Source of the DNA: an uncultured Candidatus Rokubacteria bacterium
GTDB lineage: Bacteria > Methylomirabilota > Methylomirabilia > Rokubacteriales > CSP1-6
DNA length: 64,000 nt
Direction of reading: 5' to 3'
Assembly: GCA_963754315.1 (NCBI GenBank)
Contig: CAVWFS010000001.1
Coordinates: forward strand, 351,885-415,884
Under the pieces are notes generated by a model, which worked only from the letters and a program-made list of their open reading frames with translations, was not told the DNA's origin and ran no database searches. The stretch's first letter is position 1; each line of letters starts with the position of its first letter. A program made the translations under genes and the position numbers. Positions 10,831-18,806 of the stretch are shown in pieces.

Positions 10831-10865
10831 CCGAGGTCAGGCTCGCTGCCCGAGCCTGACCTCGG
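10831..10865. terminator. Perfect 15-bp hairpin after the nitrogen operon (no U-tract)
   Basis: ccgaggtcaggctcg-ctgcc-cgagcctgacctcgg. Confidence 0.6.
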
Positions 10866-10962
10866 GCAATCCTCTGTTTCTAGCCTGGGCCGCGAACACA
10901 ACGAGCTACCGGCGCGTCGTACCAACAGGAGCGCCGAGCTCATGCAGGGCCGGGGCTTCCCC

Positions 10963-10991
10963 TTGACATATACTCAACTTATGTTTAGTGT
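10963..10991 (+). promoter_or_regulatory. Sigma70-type promoter
   Basis: TTGACA-17 nt-TAGTGT, overlapped by ACATA-N9-TATGT palindrome. Confidence 0.7.
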
Positions 10992-11025
10992 AAGACCTCC
11001 CAGCCGATGGGGAGTGGAGGTACCC

Positions 11026-11317
11026 GTGAACACGATGGAACGATTTCTCCACGAGGAGATCAACCGGCTCATGGATCGTCTGGCCGCCACGATGCCCGAC
11101 AGCAGCATCGAGCGCATGCGTGGCGCGAATCCCGACGCTCTCCCAGCGCCTCGACGAGATGGACGCGACCTTGGCGGGAATCAGGACTTCGCTGCTGGAA
11201 GGTTACGGCCGGTGGGGGCGAGCGCTCGACGACCTCGAGAATCTGTGGGCGCTGGCGGCCTGGCGGTCAGCCACGTCCGAAGAGACGCCGGAAAAGCCCG
11301 CTGCTCTCGCGGCCTGA
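11026..11317 (+). CDS. Small helical hypothetical protein, one frameshift near 11125
   Basis: GGAGG RBS; MERFLHEEINRLMDRLAA continues into IPTLSQRLDEMD...LWALAAWR in the next frame. Confidence 0.55.
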
Positions 11318-11704
11318 GGCTCGCTCGGCGGCATAGTCGGTGCGGATCGCATCGAACCGCTGCCAATAGTCGGGCAATTCGCGCGCGAGAGCGACCTGAA
11401 CCGCCATCAGCTTCTCGACGGGCTCAGCAGCGTTCCGCTCCACCTGAGTGATCTTGCTGCGAAGACTGTCGTCGAGCGGGGCCACCAGATGCGTCTGCAG
11501 TCGGGTGAGCAGCTGGCGGACAATCTGGTCGAACTCGGCACGATCGTCATCGCGATCGGCCGCCGGGGCCGGTAGACCCTGAGACCGGCGCACGTTCACC
11601 AAAATGTCCAGGCACGCTACCTCCACGGCCTCTTCGATACGCTGGCGGATCCCTGCGCTGATGCGAGTGGCCAGATCCCCGGCTTCTGGGTCGCGAAAAG
11701 GCAT
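11267..11704 (-). CDS. Hypothetical protein
   Basis: 145-aa helical ORF directly downstream of the epimerase gene. Confidence 0.65.
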   Translation of the reverse strand: MPFRDPEAGDLATRISAGIRQRIEEAVEVACLDILVNVRRSQGLPAPAADRDDDRAEFDQIVRQLLTRLQTHLVAPLDDSLRSKITQVERNAAEPVEKLMAVQVALARELPDYWQRFDAIRTDYAAERASGRESSGLFRRLFGRG

Positions 11705-11716
11705 AGGCAGTGACGG

Positions 11717-12622
11717 TCAGGCGAACAGCCGCTCCAGCCCAGCCTTGAGGGGGACCGGATTCAACTTGAAGGCCTTGAAGAAGGGCGCGGGATCGCAGGT
11801 ATTGTCCTCGGCCAGCATGGCAATCTGGTCCGTCGTCAGCGGGAAGGCGGGTATTGTCTGTAACACGGTGGCGAGCGTGCGCATCAGCGCGATGGGCACG
11901 TGGACCTTCCTCACGTGCCGGCGACCAAGAGCCTGCCCGATTGCGTCGAGCAGTTCGATCATCGAGACAGCATCGGGTCCGCCCACCTCGTAGATCTGCT
12001 TGATGGTCTCGGGCCGCGAAAGCGCGCGCTGAAAGCCTTCGGCGACGTGCTCGACGACGATGGGCTGGAGCTTCTGTCGGCCTTCCCCGACGACGGGGAC
12101 CACGGGGAGGCGCCGAATCATCCCCGCTAGCATCGAGACCAACGCGTCGCCCTTTCCATAGATGATGGACGGCCGGAAGATCGTCCAGGGCAGCGCGCTC
12201 GCCCGCACGGCCTCCTCGGCCAGCCACTTGGTCTGGTGATATCGTGAGCGCCCATTTGCCGAGGCCCCGAGGGCGCTCATGTGCAGATAGCGACGCACAC
12301 CAGCCGCCGTGGCCGCCCCGAGGACGTTCAGGGTGCCGTCCACGTGGATGTGCTCGAAGGTGATGCCACGGTGAGGGTGCTCGCGGATGATGCCGACCAG
12401 ATGCACCACCGCATCGCAGCCACCCATGCCCTCGTCGAGGCTCTGGCGGACGAGTACATCCCCCTCGACCCGCTCGATGGCCTCCTGACCGCGTAGGTCG
12501 TGCTCGGAGCCCCGCCGGACCAGACAGCGAACCTTGAATCCCTCCGCCCGCAACGCGTGGATGACCACCCGGCCCACGAACCCGGTGGCCCCGGTCACGA
12601 ACACCGTCTGGACGGCACCCAC
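11717..12622 (-). CDS. NAD(P)-binding epimerase/dehydratase, NDUFA9-like atypical SDR
   Basis: VFVTGATGFVG, HMSALGA, YHQTKWLAE, RPSIIYG; TATGAT 6 nt before the GTG. Confidence 0.9.
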   Translation of the reverse strand: MGAVQTVFVTGATGFVGRVVIHALRAEGFKVRCLVRRGSEHDLRGQEAIERVEGDVLVRQSLDEGMGGCDAVVHLVGIIREHPHRGITFEHIHVDGTLNVLGAATAAGVRRYLHMSALGASANGRSRYHQTKWLAEEAVRASALPWTIFRPSIIYGKGDALVSMLAGMIRRLPVVPVVGEGRQKLQPIVVEHVAEGFQRALSRPETIKQIYEVGGPDAVSMIELLDAIGQALGRRHVRKVHVPIALMRTLATVLQTIPAFPLTTDQIAMLAEDNTCDPAPFFKAFKLNPVPLKAGLERLFA

Positions 12623-12693
12623 GAACCAATCATACTCCTGGCTACGCCCGCAAACCTTCAATCTAGCGCGGGCTTAGGGGTGCGTAGGCCGGG

Positions 12694-13407
12694 CTAGAAC
12701 CGCGTGACGAGATCGACGAGCCAGTCGGGCATGCGGTCGACCAGCCAGGCTTCTATCGTCTTGTCGATGCCACTCAGAGTCAGCAGCCCGACCAGCAGCA
12801 GGAGCATCCCCATCAGGGGTGTGCCGATGGCGGCCACGCGCGCGAGCGATAACTCGCGCGCAGCCAGCAAGTGACGCGATCCGTAGGCCACCGCCAGCAC
12901 AGGCACGACCGCGCCCATTCCGAAGGACAGCATGACTGCCCCCGCGCGCACGAGGTCCTGGCTACGCGCGGCCAGGGTGACGGCGGCGGCGAGGGTGGGG
13001 CCTGTGCAGGGCAGCCACACGGCACCCAGCAAGAGGCCCAGCACGAACTGACCGCCCAGCCCCGGTGAACGTCGCTCCGTCAACGTGCCTGCCCCACGCA
13101 CCAGCGGCCCCGCTGCCCGAGCCGCGATCTCCTGGAGCGGCGGTACGAGAAGGACGAGGCCCACGAGCAGCATCAGACTCGCGGCCGCCGTTCGGGCAAG
13201 GTCGCGGTCGACCGCGGTGGCGAACCCGAGAGATGCGAAAACGAGCCCCGTGAGGGTGGACATCAGAACAAGGCCGGCGGCGAGCGCCACTGGGCCGTGG
13301 CGATGACGCTGCAACGCACTCGCCACCACGATGGGCAGAAGCGGAAGAACGCAAGGTGAGAGCACCGAGAGGGTGCCGGCGAAGAAGCCGAGAACAGCGG
13401 CGCCCAT
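12694..13407 (-). CDS. ccdA: CcdA/DsbD-beta disulfide transporter
   Basis: LSPCVLPLLP and GAVWLPCTGPTL motifs; 6 TM segments. Confidence 0.9.
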   Translation of the reverse strand: MGAAVLGFFAGTLSVLSPCVLPLLPIVVASALQRHRHGPVALAAGLVLMSTLTGLVFASLGFATAVDRDLARTAAASLMLLVGLVLLVPPLQEIAARAAGPLVRGAGTLTERRSPGLGGQFVLGLLLGAVWLPCTGPTLAAAVTLAARSQDLVRAGAVMLSFGMGAVVPVLAVAYGSRHLLAARELSLARVAAIGTPLMGMLLLLVGLLTLSGIDKTIEAWLVDRMPDWLVDLVTRF

Positions 13408-13435
13408 GCGGGCTCAGGCCTGCTCCTGGCGGTCG

Positions 13436-13822
13436 CTACAAGGACGCTTCGAAGACCTTGCGGATCTCCTCGGGACGACCATCGTTCACCGAACGGGCCC
13501 GCTCCTTCTTGCCCTTGAAGGCGAGGACGGTGGCCTGATGATGCACGTCCAGTTGCCGCAGCACATTCTTGCTGGAGTCGAAGTCGACGCGGAACACGGC
13601 GACCTTGGCGAACGCGGGCTCGGTCGAGAGCCTATCCACGATAGGCTTCTGCTTCCTGCAGACCGGTCACCACGGAGCGTGGACCTCGACCACGATGCTC
13701 TGGTCGGCCTCCTGCGCGGCAGCGAAGGCCTTCGCATCGAACGGCTTCACCTCGTCCGCACGCGCGGGGGCAGGGACGAAGCCGAGAGCGAGGGCTCCGA
13801 GGATCAGGCGTCGGCGTTGCAT
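13436..13822 (-). CDS. Exported thioredoxin; probable selenoprotein with WUPVC motif
   Basis: ORFs 13667-13867 and 13436-13639 are in frame across TGA (plus 13667-13669): VVEVHAPW-U-PVCRKQKP; N-terminal MQRRRLILG...ARA signal peptide; downstream hairpin. Confidence 0.88.
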
Positions 13823-13927
13823 GTGGCTTCCTTTCCGGCCTTGCGGCCAACGGACTTCTCCACGCACCTACTATGGCATCGGCCCCCCACGAGTTGTCAT
13901 CAAGATGTGAAAGAGCGCCCCGCTCTC

Positions 13928-14272
13928 TCATCCACCATGGGGCCTAGACTGGCCTGCTGTCATCTGGGTCTGGGCAGGGCGCACCGCGCAGCTAGTGAGG
14001 GCGCCCCACGTGGCGACGCAAAACGGGACCATGAAGGTCAGCGGTATCTTCCAGAGCAGCGCCTCCGTCCACGGTCTGAGAAGCAGGGAGTCCCCCTGAT
14101 TGATGATGGTGAGCACGGTGCCCACCACGAGCGCCACGCGCAACGAGCGTCCCAGCATCGGCCGATGTCTCAAGGAACAGGCGCGACACTTTGCGATGTC
14201 ACCCGTTGCGGACGGAAACCGAAAGCTCGTGCTCACGCCGAGTGCCCGGCCACAGCGAGCACACACCTTCAT
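13928..14272 (-). CDS. NrtS-like small membrane protein with N-terminal CxxC...CxxC
   Basis: RSLRVALVVGTVLTIINQGD...WKIPLTFMVPFCVATWG. Confidence 0.75.
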   Translation of the reverse strand: MKVCARCGRALGVSTSFRFPSATGDIAKCRACSLRHRPMLGRSLRVALVVGTVLTIINQGDSLLLRPWTEALLWKIPLTFMVPFCVATWGALTSCAVRPAQTQMTAGQSRPHGG

Positions 14273-14423
14273 CGTTCACATCCTCCAGGCCCTCCCGCGC
14301 GACTGGTCAGGAGATGTTGTTGGCCGCCTCTAGGGGCGCGCCGTTCAGCAGAGTTCGGCCGGTGATGCGCACTGGCTTGAGGAGCGCCTGCATGACGAAG
14401 CACCCCCGCCCTCGCGCTTGATA

Positions 14424-15077
14424 TCAGGAACCGCGCAGCCCCTTGAGGATTTTCACCGTGTGGGCTGGCTCCGAGCGCCGTGTGTAGTCGGGATCGGCAT
14501 CGACCGCACGGATGATGCCCTGACGATCAATGACGAACCGGGCAGGGATAGGCAGCCGCCAGGTGCCATCGCCATTGCCCCGCGCCAGGTCGATGCCGAA
14601 CTTGACGTAGATCTCGCGCAGGTCGTCGGGCAGGGTGAAGACTAGGCCATACGCCTCGGCCACCTTGTTGCCGAAGTCGCGGAGCATCGCGAACGGCAGC
14701 GGCCTGGCTTCCTCCGTCTCGCGGGGCGTGCGGGCCACCTGGGGCGAGATGACGGCGAGGGTGGCACCGGCGGCAGTGATCTGGGGCAAGGCCTCTCGCA
14801 GAGCTTCCAGCTCCGCGTTGCAGTACGGTCACCAACGACCGCGATAGAACGACAGCACCACGGGCCCAGTAGCTCGTAGCTCAGCCAGACTGACCGACTG
14901 GCCGTCAGCTCCGGGCAAGGTGAAGTCCGGGGCCGCCTGCCCGACCCGGGCCACCCTGTTCATCATGCCGGAGGCTCGGAGATCCGCGATGCTGCGCTCC
15001 ATGATCGTCCGCGCTTCCGGGGGGATCCGCGTCTTGGCCATCTCCCGTATTGCGTCGAGCTTTTCACCGAGCGCCAT
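14424..15077 (-). CDS. Peroxiredoxin-like AhpC/TSA-family protein; probable selenoprotein with WUPYC motif
   Basis: APDFTLP...GPVVLSFYRGRW-U-PYCNAELEAL in frame across TGA (plus 14829-14831); LPIPARFVID, DPDYTRRSEP; GGAGG RBS. Confidence 0.9.
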
Positions 15078-15169
15078 GGCACCCTCCTCGCGTCGATTCA
15101 ATGCCGCGGTGGAGGCCCCTGAAGCCACGCACGATTCCGCGGCTATCCCTCTCAAGCGACCGTACCATG

Positions 15170-15351
15170 GCATCAAGCCCGCGGTGGTCCGCGCCCAGAA
15201 AGCGGGAGAAATCGATGCCGCACGGAACCCACGCGCGCTGGCTCGATTTCTGACGAGCAGTGCCCGGGGACTGTCCATCATGGCCAAGGCCTCGCCCGAT
15301 TGCGTCGTTCTCGAGGATATTGTCCAGGTAACCCTGGCAGCGCTCGAATGA
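15170..15351 (+). pseudogene. C-terminal remnant of a TetR-family regulator (HTH missing)
   Basis: VRAQKAGEIDAARNPRALARFLTSSARGLSIMAKA...LEDIV. Confidence 0.65.
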
Positions 15352-15395
15352 CGGTGCGCGTTCCGGGCCCGACCGTACTACCTTAGTACCACGCG

Positions 15396-16724
15396 ATGTT
15401 TTACGGCTGGTACGTCGTCGGAGGAGCTTTCCTGGTCGCCGTGTGGGCGTGGGGTCTCGCGTTCTACGGGCTCGGGATCTACCTCGTCGCCCTCAGCCGC
15501 GAACACGGCTGGTCGATCTCGGCGGTCTCGATCGCGATCACCGCCTATTACCTGATGGGGGCGGCCGTCACGGCCACCATCGGACACGTCATGCGTCGGC
15601 TGGGGCCGCACCGCACGGTGGCGGCCGGGGTCATCGCCATGGCCGCTGGTGTGGCGAGCCTCGGCGCGATCGACCAGCTGTGGCAACTGTATCTTGCCCT
15701 GGCGAGCATGGCGGTCGGCTGGGCTGCCATGAGCGGCGCCGCGATCAATATCCTGCTCGCGCCCTGGTTCGAACGACGTCGGGGTGTGGCCGTGAGCCTG
15801 GCGCTGACCGGGGCCAGCGGCGGCGGCATCATCGTGGCCCCGGTGCTGCTGATCCTCATCGCTCATCTGGGCTTCACGCCGACACTGCGGCTCGTCGCCG
15901 CGGTGATGGTTCTCACACTCGTGCCTGTCGCAGCCGTCGTGTTCCGCCGGACGCCGGCGCAGCTCGGTCTCGGACCCGATGGCGATCCAGCACCATCCAC
16001 CGGAGCGGTATTGGCGCCGGCGGCGCGGCCGCCGTGGCAGTCCGGCGTGCTCCGGACGCGGCGCTACTGGACCATCTCCATCGCGTTCGCGGCTGGCCTC
16101 GCGGCTCAGGTCGGCGTGCTGACCCACCTGGTATCTCACCTGACGCCCTTGCTCGGAGCGGCCGGCGCGGCCAGCGCCCTCGGCATCACGACGGCCGCCG
16201 CCATCGCGGGCCGGGTGCCGATGGGAGCCCTGGCCGACCGCATGGACCGGCGGCCGATCGCCGCCATCAACTTCCTCCTCCAGGTGGCCGGCATCGCACT
16301 GCTCGCGCTCGCCTCGTCGAGCATTGTCATCTATGCGGGCTGCGTGCTCTTCGGCCTCGGTGTGGGCAACGTGATCACCTTGCCCGGGCTGCTCGTCGAG
16401 CAGGAGTTCCCGCGCGAGCAGTTCGCGGGCATCGTGAGCCTGATCACGGCGACCAACCAGCTTGCCTTCGCCTTCGCGCCCGGCCTGATCGGCCTGCTGC
16501 GGGACGCGACCGGGAGTTACGGATTGGCGCTGGCGCTCTGCGCTGTGGTCGATCTGGTGGCCGCAGTCGTCGTCCTCGGCCTGGCGCGAAAATCGCGGCG
16601 GAACGCAGCGCCATCGGGCCTGGCCCTGCGCCCGAACTGCGAATGCTGCGATCGCGATCTTCCGCCCGACTCGCCCGATGCTCCGGCCAGGCTCCGTACC
16701 TCGCCCGGGCGGGCCAGTGTCTAG
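15396..16724 (+). CDS. MFS transporter (OFA/MCT-like) whose C-terminus runs into a DUF1272-like fragment
   Basis: MFYGWYVVG, WFERRRGVAVSL, GALADRMDRR; tail LRPNCECCDRDLPPDSPDA. Confidence 0.85.
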   Translation: MFYGWYVVGGAFLVAVWAWGLAFYGLGIYLVALSREHGWSISAVSIAITAYYLMGAAVTATIGHVMRRLGPHRTVAAGVIAMAAGVASLGAIDQLWQLYLALASMAVGWAAMSGAAINILLAPWFERRRGVAVSLALTGASGGGIIVAPVLLILIAHLGFTPTLRLVAAVMVLTLVPVAAVVFRRTPAQLGLGPDGDPAPSTGAVLAPAARPPWQSGVLRTRRYWTISIAFAAGLAAQVGVLTHLVSHLTPLLGAAGAASALGITTAAAIAGRVPMGALADRMDRRPIAAINFLLQVAGIALLALASSSIVIYAGCVLFGLGVGNVITLPGLLVEQEFPREQFAGIVSLITATNQLAFAFAPGLIGLLRDATGSYGLALALCAVVDLVAAVVVLGLARKSRRNAAPSGLALRPNCECCDRDLPPDSPDAPARLRTSPGRASV

Positions 16725-16803
16725 CAGGGAGAGGACAACCGTCCACGGTGGAAGGGCTCGACCGGGGACGGCGCCGAATCACCTGAGCCCTGAGGAGAGT
16801 CCG

Positions 16804-17076
16804 ATGAATAAGACCAGCCTGTTTGTCGCATCGGCGGTGGCAGCCGCCCTTACCATGCCCTTCGTGTCCATCGCCCAGGGCGGGCCCGCTCCGAAGCCCA
16901 AGTTCGATGCCGAGAAGTGCTACGGCATCGCCAAGGCCGGCAAGAATGACTGCCAGACCGCGAACTCGTCCTGCGCAGGAACCTCGAAGCGCGATCGCCA
17001 GGCGGACGCCTGGATCTACATGCCGGCTGGCTCGTGTGGCAAGGTCGTGGGGGGCAGCACCCAGCCCAAGGCCTGA
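16804..17076 (+). CDS. DUF2282-family (BufA1-like) RiPP precursor with signal peptide
   Basis: EKCYGIAKAGKNDC...SCAGTS...WIYMPAGSCGKVVGGS, four conserved Cys. Confidence 0.9.
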   Translation: MNKTSLFVASAVAAALTMPFVSIAQGGPAPKPKFDAEKCYGIAKAGKNDCQTANSSCAGTSKRDRQADAWIYMPAGSCGKVVGGSTQPKA

Positions 17077-17110
17077 TTCCATCAGCTTCCGGAAATGGCG
17101 GAGGGGTGTC

Positions 17111-17980
17111 ATGACCTCGGACGTACCAGGGAGGAGCGCTCGGGCCGGAATCGGGCTGCGGGCGCCCCACCTCGCCACGATCCTGGCTGCCCGTCCAGCC
17201 GTTCCCTGGTTTGAGGTCCACGCCGAGAACTACATGGGGGGTGGGGGACCGGCGCTACGAGCCCTGCAGGAGATCCGCCGGGACTATCCGATCTCCTTGC
17301 ATGGAGTCGGCCTGTCGCTGGGAAGCGCCGATGATCTTGACGGGCATCACCTCGGGCGCCTCCGGGCGCTGACCGACCGCTTCGAGCCCGTCCTCGTGTC
17401 GGAGCATCTGTCGTGGAGCATCGCGGGCAACGTCTATTTCAATCATCTGCTCCCGCTGCCGTACGACGAGGAGAGCCTCGACACCGTGGTCCGCCACGTG
17501 GCCCAGGCGCAGGACATCCTGCAGCGTCGCCTCCTGATCGAGAACCCCTCGAGCTATGTGCGCCTTGGCCACTCGACGATGACGGAGCTCGAATTCCTCA
17601 CCGAGCTCGTCCGTCGTTCAGGGTGTGGCCTCCTGTGCGACGTGAACAACGCGTATGTCACGTGCACGAACTTCGGCCAGGATCCGGTCGCCTACCTCGA
17701 ATCCATCCCGGCTGCCGCCGTGGGCGAGATTCATCTGGCCGGACACACGCGCAACGAGGCCGACGGCGTGATCATCCTGATCGACGATCACGGGTCGCGG
17801 GTGGCGGCCCCGGTCTGGCAACTTTACGAGCTGGCCATCGCCCGTTTCGGCCCGGTGCCCACCCTGGTCGAGTGGGATACGAACATCCCGGAGCTCGCCG
17901 TCCTGATCGACGAGGCCGCCAGGGCTGAGCGAAGCCTGTGCGCGCCACACCCAGGTGAGTACGGTGCGGCCGCTCGGTGA
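17111..17980 (+). CDS. DUF692 multinuclear non-heme iron oxidase (MNIO)
   Basis: GIGLRAPH, FEVHAENY, SLHGVGLSLG, VSEHLSW, IENPSSY, CDVNN, EIHLAGH, IDDHG, LVEWD. Confidence 0.95.
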   Translation: MTSDVPGRSARAGIGLRAPHLATILAARPAVPWFEVHAENYMGGGGPALRALQEIRRDYPISLHGVGLSLGSADDLDGHHLGRLRALTDRFEPVLVSEHLSWSIAGNVYFNHLLPLPYDEESLDTVVRHVAQAQDILQRRLLIENPSSYVRLGHSTMTELEFLTELVRRSGCGLLCDVNNAYVTCTNFGQDPVAYLESIPAAAVGEIHLAGHTRNEADGVIILIDDHGSRVAAPVWQLYELAIARFGPVPTLVEWDTNIPELAVLIDEAARAERSLCAPHPGEYGAAAR

Positions 17981-18743
17981 GCTGCAGGCCGCGTTCAGCC
18001 GCGCCCTCCTGGGCGCCGACGATTCGGAGGCGCCAGGCGTGCTTGGGGACGGGCTGGCCCCGCGCGCACGGGTCCAGATCTACCGTCACCACGTCCTCAC
18101 CAGTCTGACGCAGGCCCTCAAGGACACCTACCCGGTGGTGTGCAGACTCGTCGACGAGCGCTTCTTTGCCTTTGTCGCCGACCGTTACATCCGCGCGTAT
18201 CCTCCGACCGGGCCGTGCCTGTTCGAGTACGGTTCCTCGTTCCCACCCTTCCTGGCGCAGTTTCCTCCATGCCAGGACCTCGCGTACCTGCCCGACGTCG
18301 CGCGCCTGGAGTGGGCGATCAACACGGCCCTGTACGCGCGCGAGGGCGAGCCGATCGACCCGGCTGCGCTCGCTCGTGTTCCCCCCGACGCTCTGGCGAC
18401 GCTGACCGTCGGGCTTCATCCCTCGCTGTCGTTCATCGATTCGCCGTGGCCAATCGATCGCATCTGGCGCGCCAACCAGCCCGGGGCCGATCCGGACCTC
18501 ACGGTTGATCTGGGGTCCGGTGGGGTGAGGCTCGAGGTGCGTCGTTGCGGTGATGACGTGGTCTTTCGCGCTCTGGCGCCCGCGGTGTACGCCCTTCGCC
18601 GTGCCCTGGGCGACGGTCGCGAGCTCGGCGCCGCAGCTGAAGCGGCCATGACGGTGGAAGCGGACTTCGATCTGGCGGCGTCCCTGCGCGACGTGCTGAA
18701 CGAAGGAATCATCGTGAATCTCATGCTTCCCCGCCGCGAGTAG
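17955..18743 (+). CDS. DUF2063-family MNIO partner protein
   Basis: QIYRHHV...ALKDTYPVVCRLVDERFF...YGSSFPPFL...YLPDVARLEWA. Confidence 0.9.
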   Translation: MSTVRPLGELQAAFSRALLGADDSEAPGVLGDGLAPRARVQIYRHHVLTSLTQALKDTYPVVCRLVDERFFAFVADRYIRAYPPTGPCLFEYGSSFPPFLAQFPPCQDLAYLPDVARLEWAINTALYAREGEPIDPAALARVPPDALATLTVGLHPSLSFIDSPWPIDRIWRANQPGADPDLTVDLGSGGVRLEVRRCGDDVVFRALAPAVYALRRALGDGRELGAAAEAAMTVEADFDLAASLRDVLNEGIIVNLMLPRRE

Positions 18744-18806
18744 ACTAGAGATGTGACCCCGGCCACCCGCGGCGCCGGCGAACGATCTGACAGCGGCAAC
18801 GCGTCG

